IMG/VR virus record: IMGVR_UViG_3300029822_000036
Coordinates: 1-37,165 of that record
DNA: 37,165 nt
From: a virus
Taxonomy: Duplodnaviria > Caudoviricetes
Reading direction: 5' to 3' (one strand)
The notes under the pieces: model-generated
What the model was told of the DNA's origin: nothing
Database searches by the model: none
The model's input: the letters and a program-made list of their open reading frames with translations, nothing else
Made by a program: the position numbers and the translations under genes
Shown: in pieces, positions 26,470 through 34,917 of the stretch
Layout of the letters: the number at the start of each line of letters is the position of its first letter
Position numbering within the stretch: position 1 is the stretch's first letter

Positions 26470-27400
26470 AAGACCAGCGGATGCCATTTTAACAGCTGAC
26501 ATCCATTTGACAAATAAAACCCCGATATCCCGGACAGATGATTATATCCAAGCCCAGGAACGCAAACTAAAATTCTTAGCCGGATTAAGCCAAGAGAATG
26601 ACAACTGCCTGATATTATGCGCCGGGGACGTATTCGATTATTGGAAGGCCAGCCCCTGGTTATGTTCCTGGGCTCACCAGCATCTGCCCCTTAATTTAGT
26701 GACCATCCCGGGTAATCACGATCTACCTATGCATTCTTCTAATGAGTATGAGAAATCAGCCCTTGCCTTGCTGGAAGTCGTGGGGAGGGAGATATCTGTG
26801 CTAAAAGGAGGGCAGTCCCTTTATTTCCCTGTAAGTGGAGTAGAGGTATTCGGTGTCCCCTTCGGTGAATTAGAGGGCTTCCAGCCTGAAAACAGAGGAA
26901 GCACAAAGCACCGCAGAATATTATTACTCCATGAATTGATATGGCCAGGGACAAAACCGCCCTGGGCTAAAGGATCTTATTCCGCCGCTGAAATCCTGGA
27001 CCGATTTGACGAGGACTTTGATCTCATCGTCACCGGAGACAATCACCATAGCTTTGTGGAAAAAGGAGAAATCAGTACTTTAGTTAACCCGGGAAGCATG
27101 ATGCGGAGAACGGCGGATCAGATGGATTTCCAACCAAAGTGCTATCTATATTATGCCGGAGATAATTCTGTAGTTCCTGTGGATTTCCCGATAGAGCAGG
27201 ATGTCCATAATATAGAGCATTTGACAGGGAAAAAGGAACGGGACGAACGGATAGCCGCATATGTCGAAAGAATGAGCTTTAGTGAGAGGGAGGATTTCGT
27301 GTTCTGCTCTTTCCAGGACAATTTGCAAACCTTTTTCCAGGAAAATAAAACACCCAGGAAGGTGCGTGAAATTATATGGCAATACCTAGAAACGATATAG
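26429..27400 (+). CDS. sbcD: SbcD/Mre11 metallophosphoesterase nuclease
   Basis: ADIH, AGDVFD, PGNHD, GDNH and NPGS. Confidence 0.88.
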   Translation: MKRVRAVPAGKKTKRPADAILTADIHLTNKTPISRTDDYIQAQERKLKFLAGLSQENDNCLILCAGDVFDYWKASPWLCSWAHQHLPLNLVTIPGNHDLPMHSSNEYEKSALALLEVVGREISVLKGGQSLYFPVSGVEVFGVPFGELEGFQPENRGSTKHRRILLLHELIWPGTKPPWAKGSYSAAEILDRFDEDFDLIVTGDNHHSFVEKGEISTLVNPGSMMRRTADQMDFQPKCYLYYAGDNSVVPVDFPIEQDVHNIEHLTGKKERDERIAAYVERMSFSEREDFVFCSFQDNLQTFFQENKTPRKVREIIWQYLETI

Positions 27401-27624
27401 GCAATAAATTATTATCCCTGAAAAGAGAATTGGAGGAACAGAAATCCCAGCGCTCGGAATTACAGGGAGAATTAAAAAGTCTGACCAAACAGATGGAAAT
27501 GGAGTTCGGTGTTAAAACGGCTTCCCAGGCAGAAAAGCTGATAGAAAAGATGGAAAAGGAAATAGAAGAAACAGATAAATCCATCCGTAACCGTATCCGG
27601 GAAATAGAAGGGTTAATGGGGTAG
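27376..27624 (+). CDS. Small coiled-coil protein, possible SbcC arm segment
   Basis: Heptad-rich 82 aa lying between sbcD and the SbcC C-terminal half. Confidence 0.65.
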   Translation: MAIPRNDIGNKLLSLKRELEEQKSQRSELQGELKSLTKQMEMEFGVKTASQAEKLIEKMEKEIEETDKSIRNRIREIEGLMG

Positions 27625-27637
27625 AGGGGTAGAGGGG

Positions 27638-28282
27638 ATGGTAGAAATAACAAGTACTATTCAATCTTTTCGCCGGGATCTTGAACAAAGAAAAGGACAA
27701 CGAGATCAATTACAGCAATCCATAGATACGATCACTCAGGAAATAGCCCTGGATAAACGCCTCGTCATCCGGCATGAAAAAGCCCTGGAGATCGCCAAGC
27801 AGGTGGGGCTCATCACTCAAAAGCAATTAGAATATCATTTGACCGAGCAAGTGAGCCTGGCTATGGGGGCTGTATTCGATGATCCCTACCAGCTTAAAGT
27901 GGAATTCCAAGAGAAGCGGGGGAAGACAGAAGTAGAGCTTTTATTCGCCCGCCGGGGCATGGAATTCCCCCCTATTGGAAGTGCTGGTGGAGGAGCCATA
28001 GATGTGGCTAGCCTGGCTCTTAGAATAGCATATTGGTCGATTCGCCAGGATAAGAAAATCAGACCTGTTCTGTTATTGGATGAGCCCTTCCATCAATTAA
28101 AAGGGGAGGAAGAGAACCGGAGGGCATTGGCTATCATCCAAGAAATAAGCCACACTCTAGGCTTACAGATAATTATGATTAGTGATGAAAGGATTCCCAG
28201 GGAGGATATTATAGCCCATGCGGATAAGGTGTTCCAGATATCCCAGGATAAAGATGGGACGAGTCGAGTAGCGATTGTTTAA
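27638..28282 (+). CDS. SbcC/Rad50 C-terminal half
   Basis: Coiled coil, signature-like GSAGGG and Walker B LLLDEPF. Confidence 0.85.
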   Translation: MVEITSTIQSFRRDLEQRKGQRDQLQQSIDTITQEIALDKRLVIRHEKALEIAKQVGLITQKQLEYHLTEQVSLAMGAVFDDPYQLKVEFQEKRGKTEVELLFARRGMEFPPIGSAGGGAIDVASLALRIAYWSIRQDKKIRPVLLLDEPFHQLKGEEENRRALAIIQEISHTLGLQIIMISDERIPREDIIAHADKVFQISQDKDGTSRVAIV

Positions 28283-28321
28283 AAAAATTCAGCTCCTTTT
28301 TAAAAAAACCTGTTAAAAGTA

Positions 28322-28351
28322 TTGCATTATAATAATATATATATTATAATA
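28322..28351 (+). promoter_or_regulatory. Promoter overlapped by a perfect 26-bp palindrome
   Basis: TTGCAT-N18-TATAAT; ATTATAATAATAT|ATATTATTATAAT at 28326..28351. Confidence 0.6.
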
Positions 28352-28390
28352 TTATTAAGGATAGAGATTTTAAAAAAGGAGCTGGTCGGG

Positions 28391-29188
28391 GTGAATTTAA
28401 ACAGAACATACGGGGTCGAAATCGAATTTATAGGCGATAGGGTATCAGTAGCCCAGGCAGTTAGAGAAGCAGGGCTGGATTGTTCAGTAGAAGGATACAA
28501 CCATATCACCAGACCACATTGGAAAGTCGTCACGGATGCATCAGTAAAAGTTAACGGAATATCTGGGCTAGGCGGAGAAATAGTTAGCCCGATCCTCAGC
28601 GGGGCAGAAGGATTCGAGCAGATCGAAAAAGTTTGCCGGGCATTGAAATCAGCCGGGGCATCAGTCAATATAACTTGCGGATTACATGTCCATCACGACG
28701 CAAGGGATTTCAGAACGGAAACCTTTAAGAATCTCATCAAAATATACAGAAGATTTGAACCGACAATAGACGAACTAGTAGCCCCCAGCCGGAGGGGAAA
28801 TACCAATACATATTGCCAGACTTTAACAGGAATCAACATGGAGGAAATTTTAAAAAAGAATACCCTCCAGCAAATCATACCATATTACGGAGACAGATAC
28901 CGCAAATTAAATCTTCGCAGTTTTGCAACACATGGAACAATAGAATTCAGACAACATCAGGGGACAATCGATTCCAAGAAAATCATAAATTGGATCAAAT
29001 TAACTCAGGCAATGGTTGAGCGGGCAGTCACCCGGAGAGTCAAAGAAGGAACAACTAAAGATTGGGAATCCTTTAAATACTTCCTCTTCCTGAATCCAAA
29101 CCCAAACTGCCGGGTATCATCCTACGACGAGGAAACAAAGGAAATGCTCAAATACTTCGGGAAGAGAAGAAAAGAGCTGGCGGCATAA
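28391..29188 (+). CDS. Putative amidoligase (COOH-NH2 ligase, Amidoligase_2-like)
   Basis: YGVEIE, WKVVTDASV, EIVSPIL, CGLHVH and TIEFRQHQGT. GTG at 28391 is the likelier start. Confidence 0.85.
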   Translation: MNLNRTYGVEIEFIGDRVSVAQAVREAGLDCSVEGYNHITRPHWKVVTDASVKVNGISGLGGEIVSPILSGAEGFEQIEKVCRALKSAGASVNITCGLHVHHDARDFRTETFKNLIKIYRRFEPTIDELVAPSRRGNTNTYCQTLTGINMEEILKKNTLQQIIPYYGDRYRKLNLRSFATHGTIEFRQHQGTIDSKKIINWIKLTQAMVERAVTRRVKEGTTKDWESFKYFLFLNPNPNCRVSSYDEETKEMLKYFGKRRKELAA

Positions 29189-29201
29189 GCCCCAGCTTTT
29201 A
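29174..29201 (+). terminator. Possible intrinsic terminator after the amidoligase
   Basis: AGCTGG...CCAGCT stem followed by Ts. Confidence 0.4.
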
Positions 29202-29329
29202 AATGATGTATTTGACCAGTTATTTGACGAACAGGCGGGGGCATAAGCCCTCGGCATTGTGGGAGTTAAGCACAATTATAAGACGGGGGCCATTAGGCCG
29301 AAATAGTAAAAAGAAAGTGAGGGGAGATT

Positions 29330-29713
29330 GTGAGCGAACAGGCAAAAATATACGAGCTTCCAAAAGAAAGACTTGAACAGATACGACTCTCCAGCGTGGA
29401 ACAGCGTGAGCTAACAGAGGACGAGCTTAGGGGGCGCTACTCAAAAAACCGGCGACCCTGGGACCGGAAGGGGGGCGGGGACTGCCCGTATAAAATCGAT
29501 GCGAATGACAAAGTAGTGCGGGGATACAAGGACCTGGGGGCAAAACCCAGTCTGATTGACAGGCTGATGCCAAACTGGCTCAGATACGGCCTAGTTTTCG
29601 CCGCCGTGGCGTTTGTGGCGGCGGCTATAGACTTATATATCATCAGCCTGACCCCGTTCGTTGTAGCGGGGCTAGCGGTCATAGCAGTTAGGAGAATGGA
29701 GGGGAGAGCGTGA
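29330..29713 (+). CDS. Hypothetical membrane protein (paralog of 17152..17514)
   Basis: Shares the central block with the paralog; two C-terminal hydrophobic segments. Confidence 0.7.
   Translation: MSEQAKIYELPKERLEQIRLSSVEQRELTEDELRGRYSKNRRPWDRKGGGDCPYKIDANDKVVRGYKDLGAKPSLIDRLMPNWLRYGLVFAAVAFVAAAIDLYIISLTPFVVAGLAVIAVRRMEGRA
29456..29571 (+). repeat. 116-bp dispersed direct repeat, copy 2
   Basis: Matches 17308..17423. Confidence 0.9.
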
Positions 29714-29809
29714 ATATAGCTAATTTCGTCCCCGTCCAGACAGTCACCGCCGAGGGCCAGGAGATCTACCACGACGGTAGCACGAGCTATTTCGGGGGAG
29801 GATATAAAA

Positions 29810-30040
29810 ATGCAGATCACTTTAAATAATGGCAAGAAGGTATCCGGGGAAACTTGGGAAGAGGTAGTGGAAAATCTCAAAAATACCTCGCAATTTATCG
29901 GACAGGAAGCAGAAGAGTATATGCGGGAAACAGCCAGGAGGGTTATTATCTCCGGGTTCGGGGAAATGAATTATCAGGACGCAGAATCATTTTTAAAGGA
30001 GCTGGAAAGGCTCAAATTCATCACAATTGAGGTGAGGTGA
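29810..30040 (+). CDS. Hypothetical protein
   Basis: Strong RBS GGGGAGG; 76 aa. Confidence 0.7.
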   Translation: MQITLNNGKKVSGETWEEVVENLKNTSQFIGQEAEEYMRETARRVIISGFGEMNYQDAESFLKELERLKFITIEVR

Positions 30041-30044
30041 TAGG

Positions 30045-30197
30045 ATGCCTAAAGTATTATTCCAACTATATATCGATGTTGAGCAATTCAATTATATTTG
30101 CAAATTGGCGGAGGAGACTGGGAGATCCAGGGCCGCAATTGTCCGGGACCTGATTAAAAAGGAAATGGAGGTGAAAAAGGGGGAAGAGGACGAGTAA
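30045..30197 (+). CDS. Ribbon-helix-helix (CopG-like) protein, 50 aa (not in ORF track)
   Basis: MPKVLFQLYIDVEQFNYICKLAEETGRSRAAIVRDLIKK; RBS GAGGTGA. Confidence 0.7.
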   Translation: MPKVLFQLYIDVEQFNYICKLAEETGRSRAAIVRDLIKKEMEVKKGEEDE

Positions 30198-30432
30198 ACC
30201 GAAACCCCTGCCCCAGCGTCAGCCCCGGCTTATCCCGGATGAGGAGCCCAGCCCTAGCCCTTCCCAGGTGAGCCCCGGCCCTTCTCAGGGGGGAGACAAT
30301 ACGTACCTTCTGCAGATGGCGGATATCATTGGGCAGGTGAAACCCCTGTGGAGTGCTCATGGAGACCGGCTAGCCGGGTGGGCGAAGGAATTAGCACGGT
30401 TGCATGATCTTTGGGAGAAGGAGGGAGAACAT

Positions 30433-30764
30433 TGAAACCATATAAGCCATGGGATTTTTGCAAGTCTATAGATTGCGATGCACTGAGTGTTGTTCATAAG
30501 GACGAGCGTATGAAAAAAGTATACTGCCACAAGTGCTATGCCTATCAATTCCACCAGTACTTACGAGACCACGACCAGATACTTGAGGAAGGTTCGAGCC
30601 TGGCCCGGGTAATACAAGCAACGAATCAGCGGGCTAAAGAGTATGCTAAAAAAATGGAGAGGTATGGAATTAATACAGTTGGCTTTAAGCCCGCGCCGGA
30701 TCATCCCAAGCCCGATTACCGGCCGCCAGCCCAGCCGACACGATACACAAGGGAGGGAGAATGA
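30433..30764 (+). CDS. Cys-rich hypothetical protein
   Basis: TTG after AAGGAGGG; FCKSIDC...CHKCYAYQFH. Confidence 0.6.
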
Positions 30765-31141
30765 TGGACCTGGATAAATTGGAGAAGTTATGCCGGGAAA
30801 CAACCAAGGGACCTTGGTATATCGAAAATCTTTATTCTAAAAGCCATTACCCAGAAATATTTAAAAAAAAGGACGGTCATTGGCAAAGCATAGCTTGTGA
30901 GGTAAGAAAAGACGCTGATGCCATTTTTATAGCTGAAGCCCGCACCGCCCTGCCCGAGCTGATTGAGAGGGTGCGGGAAGTTGAAGATATAGCAGGTAAA
31001 TTATTGAAAAACATTTGTTCATACTGTCCACCTTGGTATCGGGAAGATATTTCCAAATGCGCTAAATGGTGTGAAATGCGAGAGAAATATGAATTGCGGC
31101 AAGCCCTCATCCAAGTCGAGAGGGGGTGGGACGATGTCTAA
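30761..31141 (+). CDS. Ead/Ea22-like phage protein
   Basis: TKGPW...DAIFIAEARTALPELIERV. Confidence 0.7.
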   Translation: MMDLDKLEKLCRETTKGPWYIENLYSKSHYPEIFKKKDGHWQSIACEVRKDADAIFIAEARTALPELIERVREVEDIAGKLLKNICSYCPPWYREDISKCAKWCEMREKYELRQALIQVERGWDDV

Positions 31142-31247
31142 ACAACTTCGCAACGCCACGAAATTGATACCTGACCTGCTCTACTCCACCGCCTACGTTG
31201 TTGGGCTTATGATTCTGGCGATAGTCGTTACTCTTTATGTGAGGTAA
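31134..31247 (+). CDS. Small membrane peptide (37 aa, not in ORF track)
   Basis: MSKQLRNATKLIPDLLYSTAYVVGLMILAIVVTLYVR; fills the intergenic gap. Confidence 0.45.
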   Translation: MSKQLRNATKLIPDLLYSTAYVVGLMILAIVVTLYVR

Positions 31248-31262
31248 GAAGGGAGAGGAAGT

Positions 31263-32120
31263 ATGAAAGGATACAAAGGATTTAACAAAAACTTAACTTG
31301 TCTAGGATTCCAATATGAGGAGGGGCAAACCTACAAACATGAGGGAAATATAGAATTATGCGATTCCGGGTTTCATTTTTGCCAAAACCCTTTTGATGTA
31401 CTTGATTTTTATAACCTATGTGATAGTGAATTTACAGAGGTTGAAGCATCGGGAGAAATCAAATCTAATAACCAAAAAACCGTGACAAATGAAATCAAAA
31501 TCGGGTTTAGATTGGGTTTAAAAGGTTTTATTGACGCCGCATTTAGTTTCCTCTGGAATCAATGCAAAACAGAACAAATATCATCAGGCGGCTTCAGCGA
31601 TTTAGCGGCATCAGGAGGCTTCAGCAAGTTAGCGGCATCAGGGTACTCCAGCAAGTTAGCAGCATCAGGCGGCTTCAGCGATTTAGCGGCATCAGGGTAC
31701 TCCAGCAAGTTAGCGGCATCAGGAGACTACAGCAAGTTAGCGGCATCAGGAGACTACAGCAAGTTAGCGGCATCAGGGTACTCTAGTCAGTTAGCGGCAT
31801 CAGGGGACTCTAGTCAGTTAGCGGCATCAGGAGACTCCAGTCTGTTAGCGGTATCAGGAGACTACAGCAAGTTAGCGGCATCAGGGTACTCTAGTCAGTT
31901 AGCGGTAAACGGCCAGTATTCAGTAGGTGCCGCAATTGGTATCAATAACAAAATTAAGGCAACGCTTGGTTGTTGGATTACGCTTGCGGAATGGAAATGG
32001 GACGGAGAAAGACATGCTCCCAAATGCGTTAAGTCTGCACAAATAGATGGTGAGGCGTTGAAAGCGGATACCTGGTACAAATTAGAAAAAGGTGAATTTG
32101 TGGAGATTGCGGATGAATAA
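31263..32120 (+). CDS. DUF7666-like phage protein with internal 9-aa repeats
   Basis: MKGYKGFNKNLTCLGFQYEEG...CDSGFHFC, a repeat tract, and a C-terminal IDGEALKADTWYKL. Confidence 0.8.
   Translation: MKGYKGFNKNLTCLGFQYEEGQTYKHEGNIELCDSGFHFCQNPFDVLDFYNLCDSEFTEVEASGEIKSNNQKTVTNEIKIGFRLGLKGFIDAAFSFLWNQCKTEQISSGGFSDLAASGGFSKLAASGYSSKLAASGGFSDLAASGYSSKLAASGDYSKLAASGDYSKLAASGYSSQLAASGDSSQLAASGDSSLLAVSGDYSKLAASGYSSQLAVNGQYSVGAAIGINNKIKATLGCWITLAEWKWDGERHAPKCVKSAQIDGEALKADTWYKLEKGEFVEIADE
31581..31907 (+). repeat. 27-bp tandem repeat, ~12 units (ASGxxSxLA)
   Basis: TTAGCGGCATCAGG recurs with a 27-nt period, in frame. Confidence 0.9.
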
Positions 32121-32826
32121 CACCCCAATACAAAGCTACCATAGCCAGGTACGGCCACGACCCGCCAGAAGTTACCGCACCCGCCGAACTACACGGCAAA
32201 AAGCAGTTAAAGCTATTATACCAACTTTGATGGTCCTGGGGCTTATCGCATACGTCTGTTTGGCACATTTTTTTGTTGAAGCGGTGACAGGGCCGGATAA
32301 CCCCAGCATATCTTATGCGGAACAAGAATATTTTATGCACCCGAACCACGAAATTGTCCCGGTGTCCCGGCCCCAGGAGGTTATGTTCTTCGAGGCATCC
32401 GCCTATACTTGGACAGGGAATAAAACAGCCACCGGGACTTGGCCGGAAGAAGGCAGAACGGTGGCTGTTGATTCTGCCGTAATTCCTCTGGGAAGCGAAT
32501 TAGTAATAAACGGAATCCCAGGATATATAGCAGAAGATACGGGAGGAACCATAAAAGGGCGGGTAGTGGATATCTATATGGAATCGGAAACGGCTTGCTA
32601 TGGATGGGGTAGGCGCCCCGTAAAAATGATAGTTTTACCAAGAGAGGAGTATATATTTATGTATTGTTTAATATGCGAACCATTAGTTAAATTACAACTT
32701 GAAGAATCAACAGAAAGATGGGGTTGGTTTTATAATTATTATAAATGCCCTCAATGTGGAACAGAATATGAATGTTCTTCTCAATCGGGAGATATGGTAC
32801 AAGAAAAATTAGATATATGTGAGTAA
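32113..32826 (+). CDS. Membrane-anchored 3D-domain protein, read through into a zinc-finger tail
   Basis: TM helix; ASAYT...TATG...VAVD..VIPLGS...AEDTGG.IKG..VDIY; C-terminal CLIC...CPQCG. Confidence 0.8.
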   Translation: MNNTPIQSYHSQVRPRPARSYRTRRTTRQKAVKAIIPTLMVLGLIAYVCLAHFFVEAVTGPDNPSISYAEQEYFMHPNHEIVPVSRPQEVMFFEASAYTWTGNKTATGTWPEEGRTVAVDSAVIPLGSELVINGIPGYIAEDTGGTIKGRVVDIYMESETACYGWGRRPVKMIVLPREEYIFMYCLICEPLVKLQLEESTERWGWFYNYYKCPQCGTEYECSSQSGDMVQEKLDICE

Positions 32827-33028
32827 AAATATTAAAAGGAAGTGTGATATGGGCAATGTTGAAGATATGAGAAGATTAATGTATAGATACGCGAACTACA
32901 ATTGGACTTTTTGTTATCGAAGAACTAGTAGTAAAATAGAAGATACTTTTAAACATGATTTTCCTAATGCTTATGAAAAATTAGTTAATAATGAAAATGT
33001 AACAAGATTAGATATGATAAGTAAATAA
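32819..33028 (+). CDS. Hypothetical protein (AT-rich)
   Basis: ORF in an AT-rich patch. Confidence 0.5.
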   Translation: MSKNIKRKCDMGNVEDMRRLMYRYANYNWTFCYRRTSSKIEDTFKHDFPNAYEKLVNNENVTRLDMISK

Positions 33029-33039
33029 GGTAATTAAAT

Positions 33040-33252
33040 ATGTATGAAATAATATTCACAGAATATAAAGACAACATTATCGATGAGCTGACTACCCCTG
33101 ATCCAGCGCCGAGTCAACCCATCACAGGCATCCCGGCCAGGCAGCGCAGGCGGCACAAGGAGGACTCGATCACCATCACCCTGGGGTGGATGTGCATCCT
33201 GCTGACAGTATCGGTGGTAGTGGTCCAGGTCGGCAAATGGATGGGGTGGTAG
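33040..33252 (+). CDS. Hypothetical membrane protein
   Basis: RBS AAGGT and a C-terminal hydrophobic helix. Confidence 0.55.
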   Translation: MYEIIFTEYKDNIIDELTTPDPAPSQPITGIPARQRRRHKEDSITITLGWMCILLTVSVVVVQVGKWMGW

Positions 33253-33253
33253 G

Positions 33254-33409
33254 ATGATCACCGATAAAGAAATCCTATCTTCCATATTGGGGGTGCAGAA
33301 TCAGGTTGACAAACTGACCGCAGAACTGGAGCAAAGTCCCCAGGTGTACCTAAACGATGCGAGGAAGGCAAAGGAGGAGGCCAAGGCAGATGATATCAAC
33401 GAACCGTAA
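33254..33409 (+). CDS. Small hypothetical protein (51 aa, not in ORF track)
   Basis: MITDKEILSSILGVQNQVDKLTAELEQ...; starts 2 nt after the upstream stop. Confidence 0.45.
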   Translation: MITDKEILSSILGVQNQVDKLTAELEQSPQVYLNDARKAKEEAKADDINEP

Positions 33410-33881
33410 ACAACGCCCCAAGTACTTGAATGCACACCGCAGGGAGCTACTCCTCTGGATATGCTCCCTGCAACTCATTTTACAGGACCAGCGCGACCAC
33501 TTTCGCGACAAAGAAGAACTCAAGTGGGTGGACAGCACGATTATCAGCATCGAAGCCCTATCGAAAGCTATGTGCCAGGGAATTGATGACAGCGACTTGA
33601 GAGCGGTCGAAAACGCCGTTAAAGTCATTGAGCCCCGGCTCAATGCCGAAAAACTGGTGAACTCAAAAGAACCCACGGTGAAATGCAACATTGACCTGCT
33701 TTATGACCTCGGCGAATCGGCGGTGCAGTTATGTGTCCACGAATGTAACAAAGACTTCGACAACTGCCCACGAAGAAAATTGTTTTTGGAACTGTTGATA
33801 CCGCCATGGAGCGAAACCGGGCCGTGTCAGTATTGGAGAGGAGAACCTGAACAAAAGGAGGACGCGAAGATTGAAGTTTAA
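33390..33881 (+). CDS. Hypothetical protein with Cys-rich C-terminus
   Basis: RBS AAGGAGGAGG before MISTN; C..C....C...CQY. Confidence 0.65.
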   Translation: MISTNRKQRPKYLNAHRRELLLWICSLQLILQDQRDHFRDKEELKWVDSTIISIEALSKAMCQGIDDSDLRAVENAVKVIEPRLNAEKLVNSKEPTVKCNIDLLYDLGESAVQLCVHECNKDFDNCPRRKLFLELLIPPWSETGPCQYWRGEPEQKEDAKIEV

Positions 33882-34008
33882 CGAATACCAAGAGTTAGCA
33901 GAACGCACAGCCAATAGAGGACCAGAGGACACAGCGGAGAGGCGATTCACTAACTTCGCTTTTGGTCTGACCGGGGAGTCTCCCACGAAATCGTACGGCA
34001 TCGGATAG
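33871..34008 (+). pseudogene. 5' fragment of a MazG-like nucleotide pyrophosphohydrolase
   Basis: RBS AAGGAGG + TTG give MKFNEYQELAERTA...FAFGLTGE; similarity is then lost and a stop follows. Confidence 0.7.
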
Positions 34009-34427
34009 CCGCCTACAGCCAGGAATCTACCCGGTATTGCAATTACGCCGGCGATAAGTTCGGAAATGAAATAACCGTCATAAAACCCTGGTTTTTTGAA
34101 GAAACAGGAATGCCCTTTATATGGTGGAAAAGCGCCATGCAAATGGCGGAGGGTCATTATTTTTCCTTGATAAATGCCGGATGCCTTGCTCAGGAAGCCC
34201 GATCCGTATTACCAAACTCATTAAAGACAGAGATCGTAGTTACTTACAATCTCCGGGAGTGGCACCATTTCTTCCGGCTCCGGGCGGCTAAAGCGGCTCA
34301 TCCACAGATGCAACAGGTCGCTATCCCATTACTACTATTTATGCAAAGGAATCTAGCCCCAGTGTTCCAGGATATCAAATTTAACCAGGATTTCCCCAGA
34401 GAACACTATGCGGGAATAATCATATAA
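33969..34427 (+). pseudogene. thyX: 5'-truncated FAD-dependent thymidylate synthase
   Basis: DRGVSHEIVRHRIAAYSQESTRY (ThyX motif), QEARSVLP, NLREW.HF..LR and AHPQM. There is an in-frame stop just upstream at 33951. Confidence 0.85.
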
Positions 34428-34440
34428 ATCAGCCCCCTCT

Positions 34441-34465
34441 AGCCCCTTCGGGGGCTTATTTTTTT
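34441..34465 (+). terminator. Intrinsic terminator
   Basis: AGCCCC-TTCG-GGGGCT-TATTTTTTT. Confidence 0.88.
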
Positions 34466-34469
34466 ACCC

Positions 34470-34498
34470 TTGATTTCTGTTGAAGGAATCCGTATAAT
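34470..34498 (+). promoter_or_regulatory. Sigma-A-type promoter (repeated motif)
   Basis: TTGATT-N17-TATAAT. Confidence 0.78.
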
Positions 34499-34519
34499 AA
34501 TATTAATAATAAAAGGAGG

Positions 34520-34786
34520 TTGATAAATATGGGATTCAAACACATCAATTCATTAGAAATGAAAGAACTGGAGATCCCCAGGATAGTGGCTGATACGGCT
34601 CTGGAGGCGGCCGAGAATGAGGGAGGATTTGAAGTAATTCCCCTGCGACGTAAAGATCGTACGATCTATATTATAACAGATGAGGAGGGCAGTTTAAGGG
34701 CTGTGGCTGATATCCCGGATACTAATGAAGGAGATGTGACTATCTATACTGACCGGGCATTTGAAGAATTTCTACTAGAATATTAA
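34520..34786 (+). CDS. Small acidic hypothetical protein
   Basis: Has its own promoter, RBS AAGGAGGT and terminator. Confidence 0.75.
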   Translation: MINMGFKHINSLEMKELEIPRIVADTALEAAENEGGFEVIPLRRKDRTIYIITDEEGSLRAVADIPDTNEGDVTIYTDRAFEEFLLEY

Positions 34787-34792
34787 TAAAAT

Positions 34793-34818
34793 AGGGGCTC
34801 ACAGCCCCTTATTTTTTT
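34793..34818 (+). terminator. Intrinsic terminator
   Basis: AGGGGCT-CAC-AGCCCCT-TATTTTTTT. Confidence 0.82.
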
Positions 34819-34839
34819 ACAATAAATCGCTTAGACGTA

Positions 34840-34868
34840 TTGACTTCTGTTGAAGAAACGTATATAAT
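34840..34868 (+). promoter_or_regulatory. Sigma-A-type promoter (repeated motif)
   Basis: TTGACT-N17-TATAAT. Confidence 0.8.
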
Positions 34869-34917
34869 TATATTAATAAGAATAATAATTACAGGATAAA
34901 AGAAAGGGGATTTTAAT

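Noticed and set aside
28322-28390. N-terminal extension of the amidoligase in the ORF track
   Set aside because: It overlaps the AT-rich promoter; GTG at 28391, downstream of AAGGAG, fits the family start better.
31581-31907. Regular repeats as a possible CRISPR array
   Set aside because: The period is 27 nt and in frame, the variable parts are short and recurrent, and there are no cas genes; it is a coding tandem repeat.
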